From: Candidatus Gottesmanbacteria bacterium UBA6580
Lineage (GTDB): Bacteria; Patescibacteriota; Microgenomatia; UBA10105; UBA927
Length of the DNA: 64,000 nucleotides
Direction of reading: 5' to 3'
Assembly: GCA_002433895.1 (NCBI GenBank)
Contig: DJJA01000003.1
Location: forward strand, 107,185-171,184
Shown: in pieces, positions 37,506-46,756 of the stretch
How the letters are laid out: each line of letters opens with the position of its first letter
How positions within the stretch are numbered: the stretch's first letter is position 1
Notes under the pieces: generated by a model
The model's database searches: none
Told to the model about the DNA's origin: nothing
The model's input: only the letters and a program-made list of their open reading frames with translations
Made by a program: the position numbers and the translations under genes

Positions 37506-38141
37506 GTGCTGATGCCCACTGTATTCGAAGAAAAGAAAAAAAGAAAAATCCTCCAAGACCCGTCCGTTGTTGAACGGACAATTATGACTCCGTTGACGAG
37601 CTTTGCGGTAAGTCCCGATGGCGTCCGTTTTGAAACACAGGAAGATCAAGAAGAGGTGGTGTTGTTTTTGCGTCAACACATCGTCGTGCTTTTAGGACCG
37701 TTTCTCCTCGTGGTATTCCTTGCTCTTGCTCCTGTTTCGTTTTTCCCCTTGTTATCCCGGCTTCTTGTGTTGCCTGTTACCATACCCCTCAACTACATCA
37801 TTGTTGGCACTGCTTTTTGGTATGTGGTCACGTTTGGCTTTGCACTCATGAGTTTTCTGCGGTGGTTTTTCAATATTTATATCGTTACCAATAGACGCAT
37901 CGTTGATATAGATTTTGTCCACCTGCTTTATAAGGAATTTTCCGAAGCGAGATTGGATAAAATTCAGGATATTACCTATAAAAGCAGCGGGATATTTTCC
38001 GTGTTTTTTGATTTTGGTGACGCATTTGTACAGACAGCGGGTGGAAATATTCCCAATATTGAATTTTTCACCGTCCCGTATCCTGCTAAAGTGGTAAAAA
38101 CCATTAGTGAGCTTTTAGAAAAGCAGAAATCATCATTATGA
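37506..38141 (+). CDS. membrane protein with bacterial PH (bPH_2/YdbT-like) domain
   Basis: Two TM helices followed by IYIVTNRRIVDIDFVHLLY...DAFVQTAGGNIPNIEFFTVPYP, typical of DUF304/bPH_2. Confidence 0.45.
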   Translation: MLMPTVFEEKKKRKILQDPSVVERTIMTPLTSFAVSPDGVRFETQEDQEEVVLFLRQHIVVLLGPFLLVVFLALAPVSFFPLLSRLLVLPVTIPLNYIIVGTAFWYVVTFGFALMSFLRWFFNIYIVTNRRIVDIDFVHLLYKEFSEARLDKIQDITYKSSGIFSVFFDFGDAFVQTAGGNIPNIEFFTVPYPAKVVKTISELLEKQKSSL

Positions 38142-38356
38142 GCCCGGATATTACCAATATCGCCTTTATTATTTTCAAATTTTTTGTCCTTTTTGGTTTT
38201 GGCCTCTATATCGTATTTGCCGCGGTCATATTCCGTCAGGAACAGTTGATGGCTAATGTGCTTGAAGAGTCATTTGAGCCGGTGCTACGATTTGCCGCCG
38301 GTTTACATTTTATCGCTGCTCTTGCTGTTTTTCTTCTCGCGCTTCTAATTCTCTGA
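38138..38356 (+). CDS. small membrane protein
   Basis: 72 aa, two hydrophobic helices, overlaps the upstream stop. Confidence 0.3.
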   Translation: MSPDITNIAFIIFKFFVLFGFGLYIVFAAVIFRQEQLMANVLEESFEPVLRFAAGLHFIAALAVFLLALLIL

Positions 38357-38388
38357 CGATTTCGTGATACGATAGATTAGAGAACGAT

Positions 38389-40221
38389 ATGGTAGATCAC
38401 ATTCGACCGGTAACTGCTTCGGTGGTCGCGCTTGCGACAGAGACGAAATGGGGGCAGGTGCTTCAGACGCCCCATGCGTACGGAGTGGTGGAAGTGTATG
38501 TGCCTGATGGGGTGGCGCGCGTCCGTGGGGTGCAGCTTCTGACAAAACTTACCCATGCTTTTGATGCGGCACCGGTGTCCCTTGCCGCGCTCACTGCTAT
38601 TGCGGATGAGGTGATGAGTGATGATATTGTGAGCCTCGTATTACTCGTTCCTGTAGGGAGTACGATATATTTAGTCTCACGCGGCCGTGGGTGTGTGTAT
38701 TTGAAACGCGAAAATAAGCTCGCAAAGCTATTGGAGAATGCAGATTCCCTTTCCGGCAGCGTGCGGCCGGAAGACACCATTATCGCGGCAACAAACGGGT
38801 TTACCCGGACATTAACCCAAGAGGAAATAGTTGGCGTATTTGATCATCTAACACCCACTGAGGTTGCCGAAAAGCTTACGATACGGTTGCATGAACGAAA
38901 CACCGATGAAGGGGGAGCAGCCGCACTTATTTTTCAGGCGGTAGAAGAAGTGGTTACTGATCCGCAAAACGAAGATATACGTGAGGCGATTACCCATGCC
39001 CCCAAGATAAGCAGGACAATTCTCCTTACCCGGGCAAAAGCGATTGGCCGGCGCTTTATGACCGTAAACCAGCGGATGAAGGTGCGCCGGATGGTGACTA
39101 CTATGCGTGCCCGCAACATGCTGTCGCGCCGGCATTTACTGGTGTATACAATCGTCGGGCTGTTTATCATAAGCGTCATACTTGGTATCCGGAGACAGAT
39201 ACTATCCAATACAAAGACAGCGGTGTCCGAAATACTCGTTGAGGCACAACATTCGTTTGATGAGGGGATGGCGCTGTTGGAGTTAAATCCCGTGAAGGGC
39301 CGCGAGCGGTTGGCTGCCGCGCGCGATTTATTGGATCCGGTGATAGCCAAAAAGCTTCGGTCAGAAGAAGGAAAAAAGGCGAAGGAGCTTTACGACGAGG
39401 TAGCGAAAAATCTTACCCGCGCTATGCGGGTGACCAAGGTTGCTCCCGAGTTATATTTTGATATGTCGTTGTTAAAAAGCGGAGCAAAAGCGACCGATTT
39501 GTCGCTTTTTAACGAAGTAATCGGCGTGTTGGACTCCCAGGGAAAAACCGCGTTTACGCTGGGGGCTGTTTCCAAAAAAAGTGACATTGTCGGAGGAGGA
39601 GAAAATTTTTCGGGTAGCACACAGATAGCTGCGTATGGGGATAAATTATATGTATGGACGCCGCAAGGCATACATCAAATCCGTCTATCAGATCAAAAAA
39701 CAGTAGCAAATATCATACCCGCTTCTGATGAGTGGGGAAGTATCGCGGATATGGCCGCGTTTGGAGGAAACATTTACCTTCTCGACACGGGAAAAAGCAG
39801 AATATGGAAATACGTAGCGGCAGAGCAGGGATTTAGCACATTATTTGAATATTTAAATCCCGACACATTGCCTGATTTATCCAGGGCAACCAGCATGTCG
39901 ATAGACGGGTCAGTGTGGCTGGGGACTGCCACAGGCAACATATTGCGGTTTACCGCAGGGAAAGAGAACAGCTACACCCCACAAGGAGCAGATACCGCTT
40001 TAGGCTCATTGCTTATGGTGTATACCGATGATGAAGCGAAGCTGGTGTATGTGCTGGATCCGGAACGCCATCGGGTTGTGGTCTTTGATAAAGACGGATT
40101 GTATATATCCCAATATGTTTGGGAAGCGTCATTTTCTCCTACAAAGATAGTCGCCTCAGAAAGCACAAAAAAGCTGTTTTTGCTTGCGGAAGGCAAAATC
40201 TACACCATTCCGCTACAATAG
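38389..40221 (+). CDS. hypothetical single-pass membrane protein with C-terminal NHL/SMP-30-like beta-propeller repeats
   Basis: 610 aa; central TM (LLVYTIVGLFIISVILGI); C-terminal repeated motifs (LYVWTPQGIHQI, NIYLLDTGKSRIWKY, LVYVLDPERHRVVVFDKDG). Confidence 0.35.
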   Translation: MVDHIRPVTASVVALATETKWGQVLQTPHAYGVVEVYVPDGVARVRGVQLLTKLTHAFDAAPVSLAALTAIADEVMSDDIVSLVLLVPVGSTIYLVSRGRGCVYLKRENKLAKLLENADSLSGSVRPEDTIIAATNGFTRTLTQEEIVGVFDHLTPTEVAEKLTIRLHERNTDEGGAAALIFQAVEEVVTDPQNEDIREAITHAPKISRTILLTRAKAIGRRFMTVNQRMKVRRMVTTMRARNMLSRRHLLVYTIVGLFIISVILGIRRQILSNTKTAVSEILVEAQHSFDEGMALLELNPVKGRERLAAARDLLDPVIAKKLRSEEGKKAKELYDEVAKNLTRAMRVTKVAPELYFDMSLLKSGAKATDLSLFNEVIGVLDSQGKTAFTLGAVSKKSDIVGGGENFSGSTQIAAYGDKLYVWTPQGIHQIRLSDQKTVANIIPASDEWGSIADMAAFGGNIYLLDTGKSRIWKYVAAEQGFSTLFEYLNPDTLPDLSRATSMSIDGSVWLGTATGNILRFTAGKENSYTPQGADTALGSLLMVYTDDEAKLVYVLDPERHRVVVFDKDGLYISQYVWEASFSPTKIVASESTKKLFLLAEGKIYTIPLQ

Positions 40222-40234
40222 CCCCGGAGCCATC

Positions 40235-40690
40235 ATGAAGATAGTAAACAAAAAAGCATTGTTTGATTACCAAATCCTCGATCGGTTAGAGGCAGGAGTG
40301 AGCCTCACTGGAGCCGAGGTAAAGTCGTTGCGCAGCGGTCACGCGAAGCTCGACGGTTCATTTGTGCGTATTATCGGTACGGAAGCGTACCTTATCAACG
40401 CACAGATATTTCCCTATACCTACGCCAGTCCGCCAGCTGGCGGAGGAACCTATGACCCAAAGCGCACACGGAAGCTACTGTTTCACCGGAAAGAGCTCGT
40501 AAGCCTAAAAAGCAAGATAGATGGCGCTAATTTGACCCTTATTCCTCTGAGCTGGTATACTAAAGGCCCCTTTGTGAAGCTCGAAGTAGGACTTGCCAGA
40601 GGCAAGAAACAATACGAAAAACGGGAGAAAATGCGTCAGGATGTGCAAAAAAGAGAGCTTGAGCGGGACTTCCGGGGGAAAGTGAAATAG
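40235..40690 (+). CDS. smpB: SsrA-binding protein
   Basis: MKIVNKKALFDYQILDRLEAGVSLTGAEVKSLR ... LVSLKSKI; canonical SmpB. Confidence 0.9.
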   Translation: MKIVNKKALFDYQILDRLEAGVSLTGAEVKSLRSGHAKLDGSFVRIIGTEAYLINAQIFPYTYASPPAGGGTYDPKRTRKLLFHRKELVSLKSKIDGANLTLIPLSWYTKGPFVKLEVGLARGKKQYEKREKMRQDVQKRELERDFRGKVK

Positions 40691-41107
40691 GGGATGCATC
40701 AGATCGACGATGCGGGCACGTTAAAAAACAGCAAGCCGGCGATGACAAAAGAGCCGCAAAAATTATTGTCAATTATAATTGCTAATACACTTAGCGAGCT
40801 TGAGGAAAAGTACGCCTACCTTGTAGAACGGCTTATGCTCAAGCGATCACAGTCAGCTTACGCTTACGCGTACGCCAACTAAGATCCATCCCGATTATTC
40901 TTTCGTCTGGTGAGGATTTTTGGGGTGTAAACAAAGCCAGGCCGTCAGGTTACTCATGATCGGGAGTAACCGGAGTATTATTTCGATCAACCCTCTAGAA
41001 AAGTATTTGTCCGCTTTTTTCTTTTCTAGAGAACTAAACGGACTACGCTTGTAGAAGTTTTTGATGTACTCCTTCGGACCCGGGCTCAACACCCGGCATC
41101 TCCACCC
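40690..41107 (+). ncRNA. ssrA: transfer-messenger RNA (ssrA)
   Basis: 5' GGGGATGCATCAGATCGACGATGCGGG resembles the E. coli tmRNA 5' end GGGGCUGAUUCUGGAUUCGACGGG; 3' end TCGGACCCGGGCTCAACACCCGGCATCTCCACCCA gives a T-arm (CCGGG/CTCAACA/CCCGG) and an acceptor strand CATCTCC pairing with GGGGATG including a G3:U70 wobble, discriminator A; a GCCGCAAAAA element about 65 nt from the 5' end as in E. coli; begins at the last nt of the smpB stop codon. Confidence 0.75.
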
Positions 41108-41180
41108 ATTCGCGTCCGCCACCTGGCGGATCGGGCAAGCAATGCTGCCTCCTTGTACAATGGTATAAGGAGGCTTTATT

Positions 41181-41867
41181 GTGGCGGTTTTGGACTATAT
41201 CTTCCCGAAACGGTGCCTCAGTTGCGGCAGCGTGGGCGCGTATTTTTGTGCCAGATGCAGACCCGGAGTTCGTCATATTTTACCCACTGAAGCAATATGT
41301 CCCGTGTGTGGGCGGCCGGCAATTGATGGCAAGACACACCCGCGGTGCCGGTCCCGCTACAGTTTGGACGGCCTTACGAGTTTTTTCCGTTACGATGGTA
41401 TCGTAAAGAAAGCGGTCACCTCACTGAAATACCGTGGTGTTTTTGATCTTGCCGCAGCGTTCATTGCGCTTATTTCTTCTGGATATAGCGGGTTGCCGGG
41501 CATTTCCGGTAGGGATGATGTTGTGCTCGTACCTATACCACTTCATACACACCGGCAGAGAACGCGCGGGTTTAATCAGGCAGAGATTTTGGGAAGTACG
41601 CTCGCGCAACGATTGCACATAAAAATGCATACGGGTATACTCAGGCGCATTGCTGATACACCGCCACAGGTTTCTATGCAAGAGCGGAGCGCCCGGTTTA
41701 TAAACCTCCGGCGGGCATTTACGTGTGAAAGCGATGGTTTAGAGCGTTACAACAGTATAATATTGTTAGACGACGTCTACACAACCGGGGCGACCATGCG
41801 ATCTGCGGGACATACGCTAAAGCGGGCAGGCGCGCGTTTTGTGTGGGCGGTGACTATGGCACGATAA
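41181..41867 (+). CDS. comF: ComF family protein (phosphoribosyltransferase domain)
   Basis: GTG start with AAGGAGG 8 nt upstream; N-terminal Zn-finger CLSCGS..CARCR; C-terminal PRTase motif ILLDDVYTTGATM. Confidence 0.8.
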   Translation: MAVLDYIFPKRCLSCGSVGAYFCARCRPGVRHILPTEAICPVCGRPAIDGKTHPRCRSRYSLDGLTSFFRYDGIVKKAVTSLKYRGVFDLAAAFIALISSGYSGLPGISGRDDVVLVPIPLHTHRQRTRGFNQAEILGSTLAQRLHIKMHTGILRRIADTPPQVSMQERSARFINLRRAFTCESDGLERYNSIILLDDVYTTGATMRSAGHTLKRAGARFVWAVTMAR

Positions 41868-41868
41868 T

Positions 41869-42537
41869 ATGAACAATAGATTATCCGGACAATCCAAAGT
41901 GATCGCGATAGTAGCTGGTGGAGTGATACACAACGGACAACGGAAGGCTATCCGCGCGTCAGATGTCGTTATCGGGGTTGACCGCGGGGCGCTGTGGCTG
42001 GTGCGGCGGGGAATACCTCCTGATATCGCCATAGGCGATTTTGATTCGGTAACGGTCGTGGAAAAAAAACGTATTCACGACATATCCCGCGTGTACATTG
42101 AGTACCTGCCACACAAAGACGTGACGGATCTCGAACTTGCTATAGAAGAGGCAATTCGGCTGCGGGCGAAGGAAGTGCGCATATTTGGGGCATTAGGAAG
42201 GCGGTTTGATCACGCAATGGCAGCAACACAGTTATTGGGGAGGCTAGAGTCGCACAATATTTATGGAATAATTGTGGATAACTTTAATAAAATACATATT
42301 GTGCGTCGTCAATTGACCTTGCCAAAGACGCATGACCTCCGGTACGTTTCGGTAATTCCTCTGCATACACAGGCAACGGTTAGTCTCTCGGGATTTGCCT
42401 ATGATGTGTCGCGCAGAACATTTCATTCTGGTTCTACTTTGGGTATTAGTAACGAAATAGTCGCCAGGTTTGCGACGATCACCGTTCATTCAGGGAAGGT
42501 TTTAATCATTCAAAGCAATGATGTACCGGTTAGGTGA
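41869..42537 (+). CDS. thiamine pyrophosphokinase
   Basis: VIAIVAGG..VIGVDRGALWL..PDIAIGDFDSV (GDFDS motif) and KDVTDLELA. Confidence 0.7.
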   Translation: MNNRLSGQSKVIAIVAGGVIHNGQRKAIRASDVVIGVDRGALWLVRRGIPPDIAIGDFDSVTVVEKKRIHDISRVYIEYLPHKDVTDLELAIEEAIRLRAKEVRIFGALGRRFDHAMAATQLLGRLESHNIYGIIVDNFNKIHIVRRQLTLPKTHDLRYVSVIPLHTQATVSLSGFAYDVSRRTFHSGSTLGISNEIVARFATITVHSGKVLIIQSNDVPVR

Positions 42538-42569
42538 CCCACCGGTTTCTTGGTATAATGACGCGTACG

Positions 42570-42660
42570 GGAGGAGTCGCATAGCCCGGTCCATTGCGAG
42601 GGTTTGCTAAACCCTTGAGCCGATGAGGCTCGCGTGGGTTCGAATCCCACCTCCTCCGCC
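42570..42660 (+). tRNA. tRNA-Ser(GCU)
   Basis: Acceptor GGAGGAG/CTCCTCC, discriminator G, anticodon stem AGGGT/ACCCT with loop TTGCTAA, long variable arm, T-loop GGTTCGAATCC. Confidence 0.85.
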
Positions 42661-42682
42661 GGGTTTTACATGGTGTGTATTT

Positions 42683-42769
42683 GGAAGGGTCGCATAGTGG
42701 ACTAGTGCACTTGTCTTGAAAACAAGCGTCGGCGCAAGCTGACCGTGGGTTCGAATCCCACCCCTTCCG
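42683..42769 (+). tRNA. tRNA-Ser(UGA)
   Basis: Acceptor GGAAGGG/CCCTTCC, anticodon stem CTTGT/ACAAG with loop CTTGAAA, long variable arm, T-loop GGTTCGAATCC. Confidence 0.85.
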
Positions 42770-42843
42770 CTCGAAGAGAGGCCTTGTCTCCTTTGCGTGA
42801 GGGTTGTAGGAAATGGATAATACGAGGGGTTGTTGCAGAGACA

Positions 42844-42928
42844 GGAGAGGTCGCATAGTGGCCTAGTGCAGAAGTTTACTAAACTTCCGTATCGCAAGAT
42901 ACCGTGGGTTCAAATCCCACCCTCTCCG
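42844..42928 (+). tRNA. Ser-type (class II) tRNA with apparent ACU anticodon
   Basis: Acceptor GGAGAGG/CCTCTCC, discriminator G, long variable hairpin GTATCGCAAGATAC, T-loop GGTTCAAATCC; anticodon stem GAAGT/ACTTC encloses loop TTACTAA, i.e. A34-C35-U36. Confidence 0.65.
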
Positions 42929-42951
42929 CTGATACATACGCGAAGCAGGAG

Positions 42952-44259
42952 CTATCTCCATGGGTACAACCACGTCAGGCTGGTGGCGATTGTGTGCCCC
43001 ACGCGGTTAAACGCCGGAGCAGTGGTATCCGGAAACGCGACTTCATCCTCGGTATATCGCCGCGCTTTAAACAGAAAGTTAATCGGGAAGGCTCCGCTCA
43101 TTTTTGTGGTAAACGGGCTGATGATATCCCAAACGATTTCTTTTTCCGGTGTTACTTCAAATATGTGTCCCCGGGGGCCATCGGTGATAAGTACGTTCCC
43201 GTTGGGAAGCTGTTGTGCCCCGCCGACCAGCGGTCCATAGAAAGCGAGCTTATCCATCACACCCGGCCCTCCGTCAAAAGTCCATGTGACGGTGTTGGTT
43301 TTGGGGTCTATCACTACGACGCGGCTGCCGTATAACGGTATGGGTGACGGGGTTCGGGTGAATCCATTGTCAAATACCATAATAGCACCGTTCGGAAGCA
43401 CGCTTGGATCATGTTGGGTGTTTAGTATTCCTTTCGGTGAACGCCATATTATTTCCCCATCCCGCTTCCGTATAAGTATGACGGTGTTTATGGACCGTAT
43501 GCTCACAAGATATGCCTCTTCTCCATCGATTGGATTTTCCGGAACGTGGCTTATGCCGTTAATATACGTCCAACCCGAGCGGGATAGCGATTGGTCAATG
43601 ATATCTATGGCAGGACGTAGGTGTTCGTGCGCGTGCCAACTCCACACAGTGTTTCCGGCGGGGTCCAGCTCTATTATTTCGTCGGACCATATATCACCCT
43701 TGAGTTCCGTACCAGGAATCCCCCCACGGATTTCCTGTGCAATAGAGCGTGGCAGTTTTTCCCAGCTCGCAAAGGCAATGTTGCCGTTTTGTAAAACCGC
43801 TACATCGTGGTGTGCGGATTCATGAACTATTTCCCGTACTACCCGGGAACTCCAATCAAGCTCTTGAATAACGCCGGTGTTGCCTCCGCCGGGATACATC
43901 TCAGAATACCGGGGAGCCTCCATAGCGACGAGAAGGTGATTATTAGGCAATAGTTGGGCGGATAACACTTGGCGGTCAGTAGTCCAAGAGTGGACTGGCC
44001 GGCCAAGCATATCGGTAAGATATACAGCGCCCTTGTTTTTTGCGTCGGCATTCAGCGCGTTATTATATGGCGCAATGAGCGTATAACCAGCGGAGACACG
44101 GTCAGGGTTGCGGATTGCCGGAGTGTGAAAAATGCTCACGGGAGCTATATACGGCCGTACGATAAAAGCATATATGCCTATATATGCAGCGGCCATGACG
44201 ATAAGGATGGTGAGCGGGCGATTTTTCCGCATGAAAAAGATAAATACTTCATTTATCAT
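42952..44259 (-). CDS. membrane-anchored beta-propeller protein, arylsulfotransferase (ASST)-like
   Basis: N-terminal TM; repeated hydrophobic beta-strand motifs; HESAHHDVAVLQNGNI resembles the His-rich ASST active-site region; weak call. Confidence 0.35.
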   Translation of the reverse strand: MINEVFIFFMRKNRPLTILIVMAAAYIGIYAFIVRPYIAPVSIFHTPAIRNPDRVSAGYTLIAPYNNALNADAKNKGAVYLTDMLGRPVHSWTTDRQVLSAQLLPNNHLLVAMEAPRYSEMYPGGGNTGVIQELDWSSRVVREIVHESAHHDVAVLQNGNIAFASWEKLPRSIAQEIRGGIPGTELKGDIWSDEIIELDPAGNTVWSWHAHEHLRPAIDIIDQSLSRSGWTYINGISHVPENPIDGEEAYLVSIRSINTVILIRKRDGEIIWRSPKGILNTQHDPSVLPNGAIMVFDNGFTRTPSPIPLYGSRVVVIDPKTNTVTWTFDGGPGVMDKLAFYGPLVGGAQQLPNGNVLITDGPRGHIFEVTPEKEIVWDIISPFTTKMSGAFPINFLFKARRYTEDEVAFPDTTAPAFNRVGHTIATSLTWLYPWR

Positions 44260-44313
44260 ACTGCGTCCTAACCAGAACGCAAATTATGAATAGGCCCTCT
44301 TTTTTATGTGTTG

Positions 44314-45981
44314 TTAATAATGAAACAGCCGTTGTTGTTGTTCCGGGGTTGGCAGAGGAAGGGATTCGGCCGTGTTTTGTGGGTATGATAAGGTTCGGCC
44401 GTTGTTAAACTTGTGGTGGATTTGTTTGAGATACCACACGACAAAAGGGTGTTTGTCTGCGACATTTGTGGTGTCCCATGGATCATTGATGACGTCGTAC
44501 AATTCAATATCCGATGATGAAGTGCCGTCGAGTGACCGTAGGTACATTTTCCAACGCGAAGTGGTGATTGCTCTTTGACGTAACGGCACCGAAGCATTTT
44601 TTGGGTTAAAAGAGTTGTAATATTCTGATATGACCGGCCGAAAAAGCCGTAAGGTTGGCAGCCCCATAACGGCGTCCGAGAGATCCTGTCCCTCAAGCGA
44701 CCGGATGTTCGGTAAACCCAAGAGGCCGACAATTGTGGGATATATGTCAATTATTCCTACTGGTTGGTGAATAACTTTCGGATGTACCTGAGGAACGGAT
44801 AGTATGAGCGGGACGCGAAGCACTCCGCCATAAAGTGACCGGTGCATAAGATCACCGTGCTCCATGAATTCTTCACCGTGATCGGAAGTAATGATAAGGA
44901 TAGTGTCATGCGAAAGCATCGGCTGTAATTGTGCGAGAATATCCGATAGTTGGGTGTCGAGCTGAAAAATTAACTCATCATATAGCGCCTTCATGTACGC
45001 GACATCCTGCGGATTATCTTTTTGTTGGGTATAAAAATATTCGGCTTCCAGACAGTAGTTTTTGCAGTCGCCGCTTGTTAAATCGTTATACAGCCGGCGC
45101 GCGGTTTCATAGTCATCTGTGGCCATATACTTTGAAAAAAGAGATGAAAGATTTTGTGTCATGGGAGGGTTCTGACGGAAAAATCGTTTTGTAAACTCCA
45201 TAAACTCAGGAGTGAAGCTAAAGTATTCGTCTTTTGTCACCGGAATTTTTTGACTACTGTCATTACTGAAGTGGAAGGGCCGAGTTCCAGGTAGGTATGG
45301 TTGGTGGACATAATAGGTGTGGAGAAAAAGAAAAGTCGGTTCACCTTTTTTTCGATTTTCATCCAGTTTATCTATTCCTCTTTTCCAATTATCGAGCCCG
45401 TATTCCCGTTCGTAGTCATATTCGGCATCAATATAGGTAAATCCACGGGCAAAGCCCCTGTTGAGCGGAAGATATTCGCTATCAATAGGTCCGTAGTATA
45501 GCGTAGCGTATCCGGCATTTTTTAGTGTTTCGGCAAGCGTAACACTGGATTGGGGAAGCTGAGAAGTCCCCGCTTCTAGCATGCCGTGGGTAGAAGGATA
45601 TTGTGAAGTGAAAAGGGACATATGGCTAGGTAGGGTGAAATAGCTTTGTGAACTTGCATTGGTAAAGTAGGTATTGCGTTTTGCAAACCCACAAAGGTTC
45701 GGCGCGGTATTTTTCGGGTATCCATAGCAGGGCAGGTGTAAGCCGGATAATGTGTCGAGGGATATGACGACGACATTACAGCGGTCACAAATAGGGGCGC
45801 GAAGCACTTTTTTCTTTAGGGATGCAGGAAGCGCCGTTAGTGTAAGCGCAATGAGGGTTGTGCAAACTACTCCGGTGGCAATCAGGGCGATGAGGCGGAG
45901 GCGTGACCACTTGGTCGTAATGTGTTTTTTCTTTTTTACGGGCATAATGGCAGTGTAGGAGTAGCGTGTGGTGGCTGTCAA
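44314..45981 (-). CDS. sulfatase-family (alkaline-phosphatase superfamily) hydrolase/transferase, membrane-anchored, Thr at nucleophile position
   Basis: N-terminal TM; CNVVVISLDTLSGLHLPCYGY metal-binding start; SQSYFTLPSHMSLFTSQYP aligns to the sulfatase C-T-P-S-R-x-S-L-L-T-G-R-Y-P signature with T for C/S and H for R; C-terminal ILIITSDHGEEF. Confidence 0.7.
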   Translation of the reverse strand: MTATTRYSYTAIMPVKKKKHITTKWSRLRLIALIATGVVCTTLIALTLTALPASLKKKVLRAPICDRCNVVVISLDTLSGLHLPCYGYPKNTAPNLCGFAKRNTYFTNASSQSYFTLPSHMSLFTSQYPSTHGMLEAGTSQLPQSSVTLAETLKNAGYATLYYGPIDSEYLPLNRGFARGFTYIDAEYDYEREYGLDNWKRGIDKLDENRKKGEPTFLFLHTYYVHQPYLPGTRPFHFSNDSSQKIPVTKDEYFSFTPEFMEFTKRFFRQNPPMTQNLSSLFSKYMATDDYETARRLYNDLTSGDCKNYCLEAEYFYTQQKDNPQDVAYMKALYDELIFQLDTQLSDILAQLQPMLSHDTILIITSDHGEEFMEHGDLMHRSLYGGVLRVPLILSVPQVHPKVIHQPVGIIDIYPTIVGLLGLPNIRSLEGQDLSDAVMGLPTLRLFRPVISEYYNSFNPKNASVPLRQRAITTSRWKMYLRSLDGTSSSDIELYDVINDPWDTTNVADKHPFVVWYLKQIHHKFNNGRTLSYPQNTAESLPLPTPEQQQRLFHY

Positions 45982-46200
45982 CGAAGGGTGTTCGGTTTCC
46001 CGCGCCGCAAAATTTTGTCTCCCGTTTTAAAAAGACCGCCTGCGTTTTTGGAATAATCCAGCATGACCGTTACTAGACATGGCGGTATGCCCCGCCGTGA
46101 GAAGTACGGCGCGGATTATTACCGTATTTTCCGCTCTTCTGTCATCCAATGTATATGTAGGCTGCATTGCAATTTCGGTTCATCTCGGTATACTGAATAT

Positions 46201-46716
46201 ATGAAGACCGCAGCGCAATCAGAGCCGAAAGACGAAGAAGTATATGTGATGTGGAGCTCCCCTTCGCGGCTGTTTAAGAAACGGGACCGGGAATTTTTTG
46301 TTAATATTCTCGCGATCGTATTTTTGTTATCCGTTATTCTTGTTTTTGTCCGGGAATTTGTGCTTATCGCGACGGTATTGTCGATTGTGTTTTTAATCTA
46401 TGTACTCTCCACCGTTCCGCCTGAAGATGTAAAACACCGCATCACTAACCTTGGGATAGAGAGCGCTGGGCATTTTTATCGGTGGGAAGAGTTTGCCGAT
46501 TTTTGGTTTGACGAACAATGGGGACAAAAAATGGCGGTACTCAGGCCATTTATGTCGCCGAGGATTATTATACTTTTGGGTGATCAAAAGCCGGAAAAAA
46601 TCAGAGAATATATCGCGCAGCATATCCCGTTCCGTGAAGAGCCGGATCGGACTTGGGTGGACAATGCCGCACGATGGATATCGGAAAAAATCCCGCTGGA
46701 AAAGCCCCAAGCCTAG
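46201..46716 (+). CDS. hypothetical two-TM membrane protein
   Basis: ATG at 46201 (MKTAAQSEPK); two hydrophobic helices (FFVNILAIVFLLSVILVF, LIATVLSIVFLIYVLS). Confidence 0.3.
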   Translation: MKTAAQSEPKDEEVYVMWSSPSRLFKKRDREFFVNILAIVFLLSVILVFVREFVLIATVLSIVFLIYVLSTVPPEDVKHRITNLGIESAGHFYRWEEFADFWFDEQWGQKMAVLRPFMSPRIIILLGDQKPEKIREYIAQHIPFREEPDRTWVDNAARWISEKIPLEKPQA

Positions 46717-46756
46717 CCACGATACGCTCTATTGGTGTACAATACGCTAGTATTTC

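Noticed and set aside
40694-40882. 62-aa ORF (MHQIDDAG...AYAYAYAN) called as a protein-coding gene
   Set aside because: Lies entirely inside the tmRNA; it is the tmRNA body read as protein (it probably includes the tag reading frame), not an independent CDS. The minus-strand ORFs 40895-41122 and 41043-41276 likewise overlap the tmRNA 3' half.
43286-43825. 179-aa plus-strand ORF
   Set aside because: Embedded antisense within the 435-aa ASST-like gene, which has a coherent TM plus propeller architecture.
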